Shown here: one piece after another, positions 33,921-45,779 of the stretch | Layout of the letters: every line of letters begins with the position of its first letter | Numbering within the stretch: position 1 is the stretch's first letter | Assembly: GCA_965644495.1 (NCBI GenBank) | Contig: CBFFSA010000057.1 | Location: 1 to 51,000 of the forward strand | DNA from: Perkinsela sp. CCAP 1560/9 | Lineage: Eukaryota; Protista; Euglenozoa: Kinetoplastea | Direction of reading: 5' to 3' | DNA: 51,000 bases | Translations under genes and position numbers: made by a program | The notes under the pieces: model-generated | Told to the model about the DNA's origin: nothing | Database searches by the model: none | What the model saw: only the letters and a program-made list of their open reading frames with translations

Positions 33921-34124
33921 GTAAGCAACAAAATCTCACTGCATAGGGATAATAACTAGTTAGACATACTGGATGAGAGCACTACAAAATTAAGTTTTTT
34001 TTAATTAAGAGGTTTCAGTGTACAGAGATAACATACATACGTGTTGTAGATACTACAACAGTTGTATCTTCGGAGCAATCGTGGATAGTACTATTGACCT
34101 ATTCAAGGTAATTTAAAGCAGACA

Positions 34125-34814
34125 TCATACATTGGTTGAAATATTTCGGGAATATATCCGACTGACCCAAAGAGCGTCAGCAGGTTCCACTGAGGTGTAA
34201 TAGTTGGAGACGATTTCTCCTATTTGAAAACCATGATTGCGATAAAAAGACAACGCTTCATCATTCCCTACTTGAACATGCAAAGCAATTTCGGCTACGT
34301 GATGTTCCTCTGATGAAATTTTATCTATCGCGCCCATGAGTCTGTAAAATAACTTGGTTGCTACACCCAGGCGACGATAGGCCCGTAGTACGGCAAGTGT
34401 CATGATATAGCAGCGAAGAGGTCCATTCTTCTGACTAGTGCCTGAAGAAATCTCCTTTGATTCCGACTTCAGTGCGTACTCTTTTTCTCCAAAAGTCGTC
34501 AATGATTCCTGTTTTTTTATGTATTCCAATCTACAGCATATAACGCCTACTGGTATGTCGTTACAATATGCCATGTAGTTGAGCTCCAAGGAACTGTCAA
34601 AAATTCTTTCGTAAAATGTGTCTGAGTATTTCACAGGTAACACGCTTTCTTGTATCAGCCGGACGCGAAACGCCATTCGATTATCCTTCAAGGGTTGTAT
34701 ACGTATTTTTAGCTTTTCGGAAGACTTAGAATCGTGCCCTGGAATGTATTCAGTTTTCACATTGTCTTTTGTTTCGCAAGGACCAGACACTCCAGAGACT
34801 ATTTGTTCATGCAT
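34125..34814 (-). CDS. NAA50: N-alpha-acetyltransferase 50 (NatE)-like GNAT
   Basis: LPVKYSDTFY, YIMTLAVLRAYRRLGVAT, LHVQVGNDEALSFY, NYY...EPADA. Confidence 0.85.
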   Translation of the reverse strand: MHEQIVSGVSGPCETKDNVKTEYIPGHDSKSSEKLKIRIQPLKDNRMAFRVRLIQESVLPVKYSDTFYERIFDSSLELNYMAYCNDIPVGVICCRLEYIKKQESLTTFGEKEYALKSESKEISSGTSQKNGPLRCYIMTLAVLRAYRRLGVATKLFYRLMGAIDKISSEEHHVAEIALHVQVGNDEALSFYRNHGFQIGEIVSNYYTSVEPADALWVSRIYSRNISTNV

Positions 34815-35429
34815 TTTTCAACGAGAAAAGAAGAGGTACAATTCATTTTATTTAATAAACGCTCAAAATAGGCATAGAAGAGAAGATTTTGACCGAAAGA
34901 AATGTCTGTACCAAAGCTGAAATGATATTGTACCTCCCGACTTAATTGTCACCCCTTTTTAGAGAAAAGCGACAAATAACTAGGAGGTAGCTGTAGCTAG
35001 GCACATTCCATCTGAAGACCTTCGACCAAAACTGAAATATAAGTAAGGGGGTGGGCAGTGACCATTATGTAGAGGGGGTATAGTAATATGGAGACTTATA
35101 CATATACTTATACATATACTTTGACGAATGAGATCGAAAGATCCCCTAGACGCTCCACTCCGTAGCTACGACTCGCTAGGTCGGAAAACGGTTCCCTTTT
35201 CTTGACCGACATATCTAAGCGACGAGGATAAAAATGCTGCAAATTGTAAATAAACATTCTGTTCTCCTCATGATGCCATTGTGATTGAGGCGAGTATCCT
35301 GCTGAAGTTGATGCGAGTGATCCCACTTTCTTCAAAATATGAAGCCCAAAAAAGTTAACGTTCAGCATTCAGGATAGATCACTTGCCAAGACTTCTCCCG
35401 ATTCTCCTTTCTCCTGGCTCGACCATTTT

Positions 35430-38400
35430 TCATTCTTCTTCTTTTTCCTCTTCTTTCGTCCACTGTTGCCTTTGAGATGACAAAACGTTATACTCTGTTG
35501 TACTGGGAACTAGTTCGCCTTCGCTTTCGCTTTCCTGATTTAGTAACCTCCGTAGCGTGCCTTCACGATACGTAGAAAGTCGGGCAAAAAGAGCCTTACC
35601 AAACATCATGTGCTTCGAACGCTCTTCTCGACAAGTTCGTATTACTTGATGAAAGGCTGCATTCACTGCTTCAGAAAGCGTTCGGGTGTGAGCCTGACTG
35701 CCAGATAATAAAAGTATCGAACGCGTGCTTGAAGGAGTCAACAACCTTTTGACCATAGGATCAGGAGCAAGGAGAAGTGCCTGGGATAAACCCTGTGCTA
35801 CATATCTTGCCATAACGGGGTACGTTTCGGAGTCGTTGTCCCAGTCTAACGGAACTGATCGTTGTAAATTGTTCCGTATCACGTGCTTCAGAAGTCCGTG
35901 AGTCAGCAATTCAAGAGGAATACGAAGAACATGGCACGAGCTGAGCTCAAACGCGCTCAACAAGTCAAAAAAGAGGTGCGCCAGAGTTTCTGTTAATTGG
36001 GCCTCAGTAGCGTACACATAATTGCGGTATTTTGGGACGAGCACGCGAATAGACTGACCTTTTTCTGATAGTACGTGTTGCACCTTATATTGCGAATCCT
36101 TAGAGCTTCGCAGAGACGCAACGCTTATGTGACATACGTCGGGAACATACGAATCGCGTTCACCTTCAATTTCTTTTGAAAGACGTTTGAGATGAAAAAC
36201 GTTATCTCGAGCGTCATTATCGGTTGCCAAAAAAAGAGTCTGCATTTCCGCGAGGTGCTGTTCCGTTGGCGCAAAAAGTTCAAGCTCTCGAACAAGTTGA
36301 CTTCGAATCCGACAAAGGGAAAGGCTGAAACGAAGATTTTGAAAAAGCGTCCCGGAGGTGACGTGAAGCCGTAGTTGGCGACCACGGAGAGACCCCACTG
36401 GTGTGTTTTCTGCGGTGTTCCCAGAAGAATCTGTGGAGGGGACTTTGACAGATGATTCATCATCGCTTGTGTCCTCCGACTGAAAATGGTTCCACTCTTC
36501 ACCCTCTTTGCGAAAGGCATCCTCTAGTGCCCCAATCAGGACTTCGGGGGTAAGTGAAATAATAATCTCTCTTGCTGGAGATGGGAGACTGGACATCTCA
36601 GCAGATAAAAAAGGGGTCACACGAAGTTCCCTGTACTCGTGTGGTGCCCAGCGAAGTCGATTAAACAAATGTGCGTACGCGCGTTGAAGTTTAACTCGCA
36701 GCCTCTGTATCACCTCTTGCATGGCATCAGAAAATTGCGCTCCCATAGAACGCAAGTGGTGCAATTCGTCTTCAGCCTCTGTCCGTAAAATGCGTTCCAA
36801 TGCATCGATGTCCAGCATGTGACCGGTGGAGCGTGGATGTGTTGAGGAATCAGGACCGACATTTACGTCGCGAAAAATATAGGACGTGTACCGCGCAATT
36901 CGAGCAGCCGTATTAAACAGAATGCCACTTGTAGTTTCGTCATCTGCGGGTGTTGACACATTTTCTCGGTCGCTATCCGCATTTCGCGTTCCCCCTACGA
37001 TCTCTTTTACTGGAGAACCACTAGTTCTGTCAGTGGAGGATCCAGTCCCTTCATGAGACACGAAAGAAACATCAAGAAGAAACCTTGTGTTTTCAAAAAC
37101 AACCTCGTTAACAAGCTCGTCCATTTGGTCGGTAGACACATACAGGTCCGCGATTTCGCTAGACACCGGAGGGGTTAAGCCTTGTTCAACTTGCGATGTG
37201 ATGAGAGAGATATTGAGACAGGGATTCCTACCGCTGCTGTACAACATTAGTCTCTGCGGTGGGCACGACCGATATAAATCGTGAGCCGTATGAAGAGCGG
37301 CTTCAAGCAATTCGCTATTTTGACCCGCAGCGTATAGCTCATTGACTTCATCTGTGCCATAGAGGTGAGGAACTGCAAGTATTGTTTGGTACATGTGAAA
37401 CATCTCCGGATCTTCCAGCCCAAGTTGGTTTGACTGCCGCAAAATAGTGTCGTAGGTGCGATCGAGTTCCAAGCGCGCATGTAGCATCATGGAAGCAGAC
37501 AGATAGACGGGCATGAAAAGAGGGTCAGTCGCAAAGAAAAAGTCAAAGAACCGACCGACGACGTGTACGGGGCCCTTATCGTAGGCTGTAGCAAACAGAG
37601 TCGCGATCCAAGCCATGGCGTAGTTCCCCTCCATGTGCCCGGAGGCCTCGATGTGCCTGGCTACTATGGGATTACGATATTCCACCAGAGGATGAACAAG
37701 GCGATATAAAGCCTGGGTAAATTTCATTCCATGAGTAAGATGCGGCCGAATCCAGTATTTTTTTAGCAGATGCATCAGAGGAATCGCGTCATCTTTGCTG
37801 CAAAGAAGATAGGGCACTAAAGCCACTTCATTCAGCCCTTGATAGTAGGACGCTTCGTGATCGTTAGAGAACACTTGTTTCATTATGAACCAAAGATCAT
37901 CCTGCTGCTTGAGATCTGTTGTGTTTCCATAGCGGCATCGGGACAAATCCTTTTTTATTTGTACAGACGTAGTGGCTTCCATCAATGATTCCGTATAACC
38001 TATGGGCCACGTAACCGTATTCTCGTACTTCAGTAGTCTACGCCATGCACAACAGCGATCCATGATGTCCGTTCTCAAACCGGACTGAATCGCCCGATGG
38101 CGCAGACGAGCCAAAGCGGAATGAAACTGATTCTCCGAATCCAGGTTTTGCTTTAACCAGCTTCGTGCGTCCGAATTTCTCAAAATTAAAAATGGCGTCG
38201 AGTATACGAAATAGCTGCGAGGAGCATATCGAAAAGAGAATCTACCTCCAGAACGTTCTGTACAGTTCATATAAAAATGAAAAACGTTTTCCGTTTTTTT
38301 GGCGGCTAAAGCTAATGTCTGAATAGCACTTGAGGAGATGGATGTAGAAGTTTCTTTCGAAACAGTTACGGCGGAAGCCAGCCATGAGATCGCGGCCCTG

Positions 38401-39860
38401 CTTTCGTCATTTGTAGGCAGCCCCGCTTCAATTGCAAGTCCACACTTAGTCAAGCGTTCTCCTTTTGTCCAAGTTACATTTATCATCTCTTCCTCAAAAT
38501 ATATAGGCAATTGTTTCTCTGCAGAAAGAAAAGCTGTGCTTGATAAGAGCAGGGGAACGGGTTGAGGTTCTGGACTTAGAAATACAACTTCTTCTAATTT
38601 CTCAGCCTGATTCCGGATAAAGAAGTCTTCGCTATACGTCTTTGGCACCGCTGGTGGCAAGAAACCGTTGTCTTCGATGGGAGCTTCAAGAAGGTCTACA
38701 CCATGGAAGACAACTCGGTACCACCCTGATCGAAGCTCTTTGGAGGGAAGTAAAAGCTCCCATTGATGTTCAGGAAAATCTTCATATTGTGTTGATTTCG
38801 CGAGACCTTTTTCGGCATACGTTGAAAATCGGGACATAATCTGTTTGAGTGGAATTTTATGGTTCGAAGGAAAGGAACGAATTACTCTATGTCTTCGCGA
38901 AAGTGAGGCGTGCGAGAATCTAAGAGCAATGTTCGGAATAGGAGAATATGTTGTGGAAGCAGAGCGGTACTCTACGCTTATCATTGCTCGGCTTCCTACC
39001 CAATTGCGATACGCTCTGTACAGAAAATTTAGTTGAACCGATAAAGTAAGCTCAGCTTCGGACACTACGATGGTATTATAAAGAGGCTCCTTCTTGGGAT
39101 ACTGTATCAGCAGTTTCCCTCGTGGCAATAAATGAAAAGGTTCAGTGTAGCGCAAGCCCACACGGAACACGTAGCACGCTTTTAACGGTTGGGATGAAGT
39201 GTGTAATGTTCCTCCTTCTCTTTCCGGTACGCGTAAGAGAATTCTTTTTCGTGTGTCACTCCACACGACTTTTTCGCACGGAATACACCCCCCTTCCTTT
39301 GGATTTTGCAGAATCGGATGAAACTCTAACAGATCGATTTCACAGAGATCTACAGTATCGGCACTTGAGCGCAAGACCTGAGAAGCAAAGACGTCATACC
39401 AAGAATGATCTTCCGTATCTGTGCGACGTAGACAAATTCTGTCCCCGGCAAATAAAACAGGACCAAGGTGCTTGTCACGGCACACTGGTGTTCTGTCCTC
39501 CACAAGAGAAGTCTGAGACGTGTCCGAACGTGACTTAGGGAATGGATAAAATTCCCAGCCTGCATACCTGGCCCATTCGGGTGTCGCATATGCAGGAGGT
39601 CCCAAAACATTTGATAGCTGAATCGCCGGATCGGCAATAATCGCCGCTCGAAGGCTTTTCCTCTCCTTTTCAAGTTCGGGGTCGCCATCTACACAAGAAG
39701 TTGTGATAAATGCTCTTACGCATCGAATCCACGGAAGCGTGGCAGATGACGATTTTTCTTTTTGTGACACACATACGTCCGTACTGCACAATCGATTTGA
39801 GGTCTTGTCAATCCCGTTAAAAAGAGATAAAAACAAGAAGCAGAAGAATAGAAGTTTCAT
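35430..39860 (-). CDS. Large TBC-domain RabGAP (TBC1D20/Gyp8-like) with a C-terminal domain shared with 49330..51000
   Basis: QIKKDLSR (IxxDxxR) and YYQGLNEV (YxQ) fingers; RFFDFF...DPL. Confidence 0.8.
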   Translation of the reverse strand: MKLLFFCFLFLSLFNGIDKTSNRLCSTDVCVSQKEKSSSATLPWIRCVRAFITTSCVDGDPELEKERKSLRAAIIADPAIQLSNVLGPPAYATPEWARYAGWEFYPFPKSRSDTSQTSLVEDRTPVCRDKHLGPVLFAGDRICLRRTDTEDHSWYDVFASQVLRSSADTVDLCEIDLLEFHPILQNPKEGGCIPCEKVVWSDTRKRILLRVPEREGGTLHTSSQPLKACYVFRVGLRYTEPFHLLPRGKLLIQYPKKEPLYNTIVVSEAELTLSVQLNFLYRAYRNWVGSRAMISVEYRSASTTYSPIPNIALRFSHASLSRRHRVIRSFPSNHKIPLKQIMSRFSTYAEKGLAKSTQYEDFPEHQWELLLPSKELRSGWYRVVFHGVDLLEAPIEDNGFLPPAVPKTYSEDFFIRNQAEKLEEVVFLSPEPQPVPLLLSSTAFLSAEKQLPIYFEEEMINVTWTKGERLTKCGLAIEAGLPTNDESRAAISWLASAVTVSKETSTSISSSAIQTLALAAKKTENVFHFYMNCTERSGGRFSFRYAPRSYFVYSTPFLILRNSDARSWLKQNLDSENQFHSALARLRHRAIQSGLRTDIMDRCCAWRRLLKYENTVTWPIGYTESLMEATTSVQIKKDLSRCRYGNTTDLKQQDDLWFIMKQVFSNDHEASYYQGLNEVALVPYLLCSKDDAIPLMHLLKKYWIRPHLTHGMKFTQALYRLVHPLVEYRNPIVARHIEASGHMEGNYAMAWIATLFATAYDKGPVHVVGRFFDFFFATDPLFMPVYLSASMMLHARLELDRTYDTILRQSNQLGLEDPEMFHMYQTILAVPHLYGTDEVNELYAAGQNSELLEAALHTAHDLYRSCPPQRLMLYSSGRNPCLNISLITSQVEQGLTPPVSSEIADLYVSTDQMDELVNEVVFENTRFLLDVSFVSHEGTGSSTDRTSGSPVKEIVGGTRNADSDRENVSTPADDETTSGILFNTAARIARYTSYIFRDVNVGPDSSTHPRSTGHMLDIDALERILRTEAEDELHHLRSMGAQFSDAMQEVIQRLRVKLQRAYAHLFNRLRWAPHEYRELRVTPFLSAEMSSLPSPAREIIISLTPEVLIGALEDAFRKEGEEWNHFQSEDTSDDESSVKVPSTDSSGNTAENTPVGSLRGRQLRLHVTSGTLFQNLRFSLSLCRIRSQLVRELELFAPTEQHLAEMQTLFLATDNDARDNVFHLKRLSKEIEGERDSYVPDVCHISVASLRSSKDSQYKVQHVLSEKGQSIRVLVPKYRNYVYATEAQLTETLAHLFFDLLSAFELSSCHVLRIPLELLTHGLLKHVIRNNLQRSVPLDWDNDSETYPVMARYVAQGLSQALLLAPDPMVKRLLTPSSTRSILLLSGSQAHTRTLSEAVNAAFHQVIRTCREERSKHMMFGKALFARLSTYREGTLRRLLNQESESEGELVPSTTEYNVLSSQRQQWTKEEEKEEE

Positions 39861-40184
39861 CTCATGTTGGTATGACAAGGTTCTCGCATTAGATTGCTGC
39901 GCATTGCTGTTCCATTATTATAAAAATAAATTGTTCGCTTTAAGAAACATTTGCACTTCTAGTTTGTATTTCTATTCTGAACTCAAAGCTATGGTTCTCC
40001 TGACTCAACACGCGAATCATACCATATTCGACATGCTGTGAATGACACATGCGGATCTTGAATTGAACTGCGAATCAACTGTGAAATTTCTCTTGCTCTT
40101 GTATATAGAAGTATAAAAAGTAAAATACGTTTAAAAAGCCCCAAAAAACAAGCTAGCGAAATATTTTTGAACGGTGTAACTATG

Positions 40185-40805
40185 TTAATTTGGCGCCCCA
40201 AAAGCTTCGGGAAGTCTTTCAATTGTATATCGATGACGACTAATGTACATGATGGGAACACCCGGGATCTTTCTAATTCTTCTTTTCAGATCTTTATCAC
40301 AGGTTGCTACAATATAAATTCGATGTTGCGTGATGCGGTCAACAATGCAATCATCCGCGTAAGTGCTACCGCAGTGCAAACGCTGAAAACGAGGATCTCG
40401 TGCTAATCGAAGTGCGATACGAAATTTTTTCCCCAGTTTTTCCATTTCAGCCAGCACGCAATCACAAACACATGGTACACATTTCGCCATCAGGCAGTCC
40501 ATCATTGAAGGAATGATTTCCAACTTATTTTGCATGGAAAAATTTATAAAATTTGTGTCTAGAAGAATATGAAAGGGAGGCCCAAGGGCATGATTATACG
40601 TGAGAAACATTGAGCTTGGCATTTGTTCGGTGCGACGAACTTCTTTAGCGTCAAAATGTTGAGCATCTGCGTCGGTAAGACCTTTCCTGTTGTATGTAAC
40701 TTGATACTGGTGATGCTCTTCTTCCTTTTCTCGTTCTCTTTGTAGTCGGTCTTTATGGAGAATGCGCTTTATAGCTACCCTGCGTGTTTGTCGTGATTTC
40801 GTCAT
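40185..40805 (-). CDS. FCF1: rRNA-processing PIN nuclease FCF1/UTP24
   Basis: [53 protein letters not shown]. Confidence 0.95.
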   Translation of the reverse strand: MTKSRQTRRVAIKRILHKDRLQREREKEEEHHQYQVTYNRKGLTDADAQHFDAKEVRRTEQMPSSMFLTYNHALGPPFHILLDTNFINFSMQNKLEIIPSMMDCLMAKCVPCVCDCVLAEMEKLGKKFRIALRLARDPRFQRLHCGSTYADDCIVDRITQHRIYIVATCDKDLKRRIRKIPGVPIMYISRHRYTIERLPEAFGAPN

Positions 40806-41030
40806 GTTAGAATATTTTTTATCGGAAAGTAAACTTGTACGATGTCAAAAGAGACAAACGAACCACAGACGTAGAAAAAATAGGAAAACTGTAGAGTTGA
40901 GAAAAGCAGAACGCCAAAAGTCTAACTTACAACGGTGCGCTAAACGTAGCGCATCTTTTCATAATAGAATTTTGAAGGTGCGTGAGACGTACACTTAAAA
41001 GTAGAACGGTGTGACAAAATTTTTACAAAA

Positions 41031-41060
41031 CATACCCTGGATGGGGTAATGAGGTAATTC
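41031..41060. mobile_element. Orphan CATA-family left end
   Basis: CATACCCTGGA, identical to the start of C, followed by GGTAAT repeats. Confidence 0.5.
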
Positions 41061-41068
41061 CCTCCCAT

Positions 41069-41167
41069 CAGTGACTTCGTTAAACGCGGTGGTTGTTTTC
41101 AACTTAGAAGTCACTCATGCTGCGCGCTTCGCGTTGAAAACTAGCTCCGCGTTTAACGAAGCCACTG
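41069..41167. repeat. 99-bp hairpin element, copy 2
   Basis: CAGTGACTTCGTTAAACGCGG...CCGCGTTTAACGAAGCCACTG. Confidence 0.8.
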
Positions 41168-41468
41168 AAAAAGAAAAATTGCCAAAACAGCATGAAAGAA
41201 CAATTTTTTGGGGGGTGAAAAAGCCCGATTTTTAGGCGAAAATTGCGAAATTTTACCCCAAATTTGGGCCGTTTTTGATGCCTTACCAATAGGGGTAAGG
41301 AGGCGAATCTAACGAAAAAAACGTCGTAGAATGGTAGCTGAGGTCCCAAAATCTTAAAATACGTTTTAGGAGCCGATTTTGGATAAATAAGATTTTTACT
41401 TTTTTTTTGGTCAATTTTTTTTGGTCAATTTTTTTTCGGCATTACCAAAAATTTCGGAAATTTTGACC

Positions 41469-41672
41469 TTGTCGGACCCCTCCCGCGCGTACCAGGGGGG
41501 GTTACCCCCATGTGGGAGGGGGTGGAAAATCATCGCCGCGGCCTACTCTACCACTTCCCTGCGTTCGATTTCGAAAATCATGATTTTGAAAGTTTCAAAA
41601 AAAGACGTATCCCCCCCCCTGGACCCCCCATTTTTCAAATTTTCAATTTTGGACCACCGGAGCCCCCTTTAA
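41469..41672. repeat. Dispersed repeat, copy of 9962..10170
   Basis: Ends ...GGAGCCCCCT|TTAA. Confidence 0.8.
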
Positions 41673-41982
41673 TATTTTTGTCTTCTATTATAAACCCCTC
41701 CGCACCAATAAGGCACTCACCCTTAACTTTTCAGCCAAATGTCCGTTTGGGCTGATTTTTGTTGCATTTTGCAGATCTCAACATATAGACTGCGCGTGAA
41801 GAAATGAGATAAAAAGAAGCGAATACGTGTACTTTAGAGAGAGATTACCGTTTTGTCACCTTTCCTCCGTTACTCGCCACACAAGCTTTGAGAGGAGCAT
41901 CGAAGCTCAAAACCGAATCATAAATATAATCTTGAGTTTTTTTTGTCATCCCCCGAGCCCATTAGCGCACGCCCCTGCGGTA

Positions 41983-42351
41983 TCAGTTTTGTACCGCGGC
42001 ATGCGCTATCTGGGCGTTCCCCTTTTGGATGGCTACCCCGATTGCCATGATAAAATGGCTGAGGCAATCTTGAGACAATTTACGCCAAGCTTTACGTACG
42101 CTTTTTATGAGATCTTCTTTATTTGCAGGATTGCATTCATCTACAAGATTTTGTACCATGCTCCACACGTTTTCTATTGTTGAGAGATCGGGGGAGTTGG
42201 GCGGCCACTTTTTCAATAATTTCATTTTGCTGCCCTCAGGGTACGCTTTTATTTCCTTCGCAGTGTGAGGTGTTACCCCATCTTGCTGAAAAATACAGTT
42301 TGGGGTGAATGGTACTTTTTTTAATGTTTTAATGTACGAAACACATCTCAT
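41983..42351 (-). pseudogene. Tc1/IS630 transposase C-terminal fragment (D35E spacing)
   Basis: FQQDGVTPH...WPPNSPDLSTIENVW. Confidence 0.85.
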
Positions 42352-42769
42352 TGAGTTGGATGGGCGAATAACAAGGTGTCTTTGGATTCTTTTTTTACTT
42401 CAGGCCTCAGAGTATAAATATTTTCAGGCGAATTGGTTTTCAAATATTTTCAAATATGTTTCATATTGACATTAAACTCGCGGGCTAGTTGCCTTATCGC
42501 AACCCCTTGGCCAAGCCTCATGAGCAATAACACTTTTCCACTTTCTGTAAGACCACCCCTGGGGAATCGATACGTATTTCTTGGCATGAAAAATGATTTT
42601 TTTTAAAAATACATTCAATTTTTATTTATTTTTCGAAATGACCTAAAGACAACGGGAACGTACAGATCTCAAAATTTTGCACGATAAAGTGGTGCGATAA
42701 CCCCCCTAGCCCCCCTCGTGCGAAAAATAAGGGTGGGTGCCTTTTTGAAGCGGAGGGGTTTATAACCTC

Positions 42770-43573
42770 GTGTGCCCAATGTACGCTCGCCTTCGGAAAT
42801 GGATTGTGCACTCTAATAAACGGGCACTAAAACGTCCAGTGACGCTAAGTTTTCCATGCTTAGCCACAGACCCAACTTTTTCATCCTTTTCCCCACACGA
42901 TGTACTAGAAAAGTTGGAGTTGGCTACCATGTCCCTCTGCGTAAATTGGTTAAATAGACGATTCTCCCAGTTAACTAGTTCCACGGTGACAGGTGTATGC
43001 CGATCGCTATGCGAGGTCACTATCGATCTCAACATCCTCATTGAGGCTCTCGTTCTGATCTCAAAGCACCGAGAAAATGGTCTGCTGTTCTTTGCGGACG
43101 CCGAGCGGACAAACATTCATGGTGTTTCGGAAGAAGAAGTGCCGGAATACTGGAAATGGAAAAAGCCTAACGCCCGATGGACCCTGAAACCAAGTGAACT
43201 TCCCGCCGAGCTCCTTTCGTCCGAATTATGCCAGTATCTTGAGAAAGAGCACATCAATCACTATGAGCCTTCTCTTAAAGGTCGCGAGATCGTTGCCGAG
43301 TGGTTTCGGTCTCTGTGGAAAAGCATCAGTGGAGCCACTGTTGAAGTGGCCGAAAGGACTTGTGACCGCCACAAGGCATTGCGCCAAACCATAGAGAGTA
43401 GCCGCTCTGAAACGGAACTGCTTTCAAATAAAGTTTCAAAGCAGGAAGCGGAAATTTGCATCCTTCGCCAGGAGTTGAGTACCTTGAAAAATGCAGTTGA
43501 AGATCTTTGCGAACGTTTCGCGAAAAGTAAGCCGACTCACGACGAACCTGTGCGATCTCCCGCCTTTTTCTGA
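42770..43573 (+). CDS. Orphan-family protein with a C-terminal coiled coil
   Basis: 267-aa ORF antisense to the host genes; homologous to 47320..47903. Confidence 0.55.
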   Translation: MCPMYARLRKWIVHSNKRALKRPVTLSFPCLATDPTFSSFSPHDVLEKLELATMSLCVNWLNRRFSQLTSSTVTGVCRSLCEVTIDLNILIEALVLISKHRENGLLFFADAERTNIHGVSEEEVPEYWKWKKPNARWTLKPSELPAELLSSELCQYLEKEHINHYEPSLKGREIVAEWFRSLWKSISGATVEVAERTCDRHKALRQTIESSRSETELLSNKVSKQEAEICILRQELSTLKNAVEDLCERFAKSKPTHDEPVRSPAFF

Positions 43574-43934
43574 GCCCGGTCCATTTCTGAGCCGCATTCC
43601 GAGTCGCATTTTTGGTAAAAGGGTTCTAAAAACTGCTAACCATACTCGATGTTTTTTTCATTTTTGGAGCATTACAGAGATTGATTGATGAATAATAGCT
43701 CTTCTTTTAAAATTTTGAAAAACCCGTTTTAATGCTCGTTTTATGCCCATTTTGGGCTTGCGGAATTAACCTTAGTAAGCGAGTTAGACACTCACCGTAT
43801 CTCCCTCAATAAGTTATTTTAAGTAATGGGATCCCAACTTTGTTTCCCAAGAAAAAAGACGAGCTTTCTTTGATTGAAATTCATAGTCAAGGTCCCACTT
43901 TGTCACAAAACATTTTTCAAAATGTATGAAGTAC

Positions 43935-44001
43935 GGACTTTCGTACTTAGTACGGATAGTACGGTACTTAGTACGTACTATCCGTACTAAGTAGATGTAT
44001 G
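43935..44001. mobile_element. Orphan CATA-family right end
   Basis: TAGTACG/CGTACTA subterminal repeats ending in ...GATGTATG. Confidence 0.5.
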
Positions 44002-44919
44002 ATAAGTAGTCTGTAGCCAAAAATTGTCCAATTTGCTGAGCTCCCGCTATTCGGGGCGAAGTGGGTGTTACACCAGTTCATCCCGAACGCCCCACGTCTC
44101 CAATAGGAGATGCCAAAGACCTAGGTATTGCATTATCGCGGTGCGAGCGTAGTTGGCAGACGGTGGGCCTTCCAACCTGCAGGTTGGGGGTTGGATTCCC
44201 GCTATCGACAAAACTCGCAACCTGGCGGCCTCACTACAAAGGGAAAGCGATCAGGAGTGCCTTCAAGTCCCACACCCAACCCCGCTCCCCTGGAGGACCG
44301 ACCCGGAACCGCCGAGCTGAACCAGGCTCCAGCGCAGCCGCTAAATTGCAAGCTGCTTACGCAAAGGAGGCTTGAGACACAGCCTACACGATGCAACGGG
44401 GTGGACGCCCGTCCTGGTAGCTACGGTTGGGTAGCCATTCTCGGGCCGCAAGGCGTCGAGTGCCGTCTGGGAAGGGGGTAGCAAGACGATGAAGGTCGGT
44501 GACCTGAGACTCTACCTTAACGGTTGGCGCTGCAGAGCCCTCCGTGTCTTCTTCTTCTTCTTCTATTGCATTATCGCCTGCTTGCTGGCATAGTTCGGAA
44601 ATGTCGAGTCTCAGCTTCAATGGTTTGGACTCCTCAGCTTCGACGGACCAACTCTTCTAGGGTGTTATACACCCTAGTGTTGTACCCTCGAGCGGACTTG
44701 GTTCCTCAGCTTCAAAGGACCAAATCTCAGCTTCAACTAGCTCTGAAGCTCCGAATTATGACCCTAGTCCGGTTATCATGGGCTAGCTGCAAGCCGCAGA
44801 TGAGCGGTACCCGAAGGGGGCGGCGAAGGGGGCGGCGAGGAGGGGAGGGTGAAGAGGGGTGGGGACGGTGGAGATCTCACATGATCTCGTCTTGGGCCTC
44901 ACCCGCAGCCCCTCACTTG

Positions 44920-45779
44920 TTGAAGGGAAATGGAGGTGCAGCAAGAAATGCAACGGAAGGTACGACGCATTAGGGCCCATGGTGCCCGGCCGGGCGTGTA
45001 GGAACGCGAAGCAAATAATTAAGTACCTACCGTATTAAGTACCTGCCCCCAGTAATAGAATGGATGGTGTAATGCACCTTAATCTGCGTCCCTGTAATAC
45101 TGTAACTAAAAAAACCCTAACAAGGATATAAATGGATCAAAATGGCCGAATCTCTCTTTCAGGGGGATATGCTTTTTTGGCTAGTTTTCTCTTTTCTCCC
45201 ATCCTTTTTGACAATTCTTTTATATTTTTGTTCTGAAAACGTGTTAAAACGCTAATTACCCCAGAGGCCCCCGACATGCGGTCACTCACCTCCCACGCCC
45301 TATACGCCTCCTGTGGGGCACCCGAGCCAAACCTCTCTTACTGGGGGTCAGCCCAAAAAGGACCAAATCTTTCTTATTGGGGGGTATACGGTAATTGCTT
45401 ATATTCGAGGTGGGCGTCGTGAAGACTCGGCGGCAGAGGTGTAACTAAGTAAGCGAACGCTGATATCTCCACGCCAGTGGGTTGATTCCATTATGGCAAC
45501 AGCTCATGTACGTCGGCGTGTTTTGCACCATTCGTCTCTATTATTTTATGCAATGCGATGAAATCTTTTCGTTTCGGTTCGAAAGCGCCATCGTGGACAA
45601 CATGGTGCGAGGCGTGTTCGGAGTGAAGGGACAGAAATCGCAGACAATTGCATCCACTACAAGAACTAACAAGCTCTACTAAGTTAATAGACATAAATTC
45701 TGCATATTGTATGTTTGCGCCATAAAAATAGAAAAAAAGTCAAAAGTATGAAAAAGACCAAATTTGCTTCACTTTAACC
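44920..45779 (+). mobile_element. Truncated Merlin element M3
   Basis: KWRCSKKCNGRYDALGP...MQCDE...SQTIASTTRTNKL, homologous to M1; right TIR AAATTTGCTTCACTTTAACC. Confidence 0.82.
45030..45391. mobile_element. CCGTATAC-family MITE inserted in M3
   Basis: TA|CCGTAT...GGGGGGTATACGG|TA; reverse-complement homolog of 6037..6354. Confidence 0.82.
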
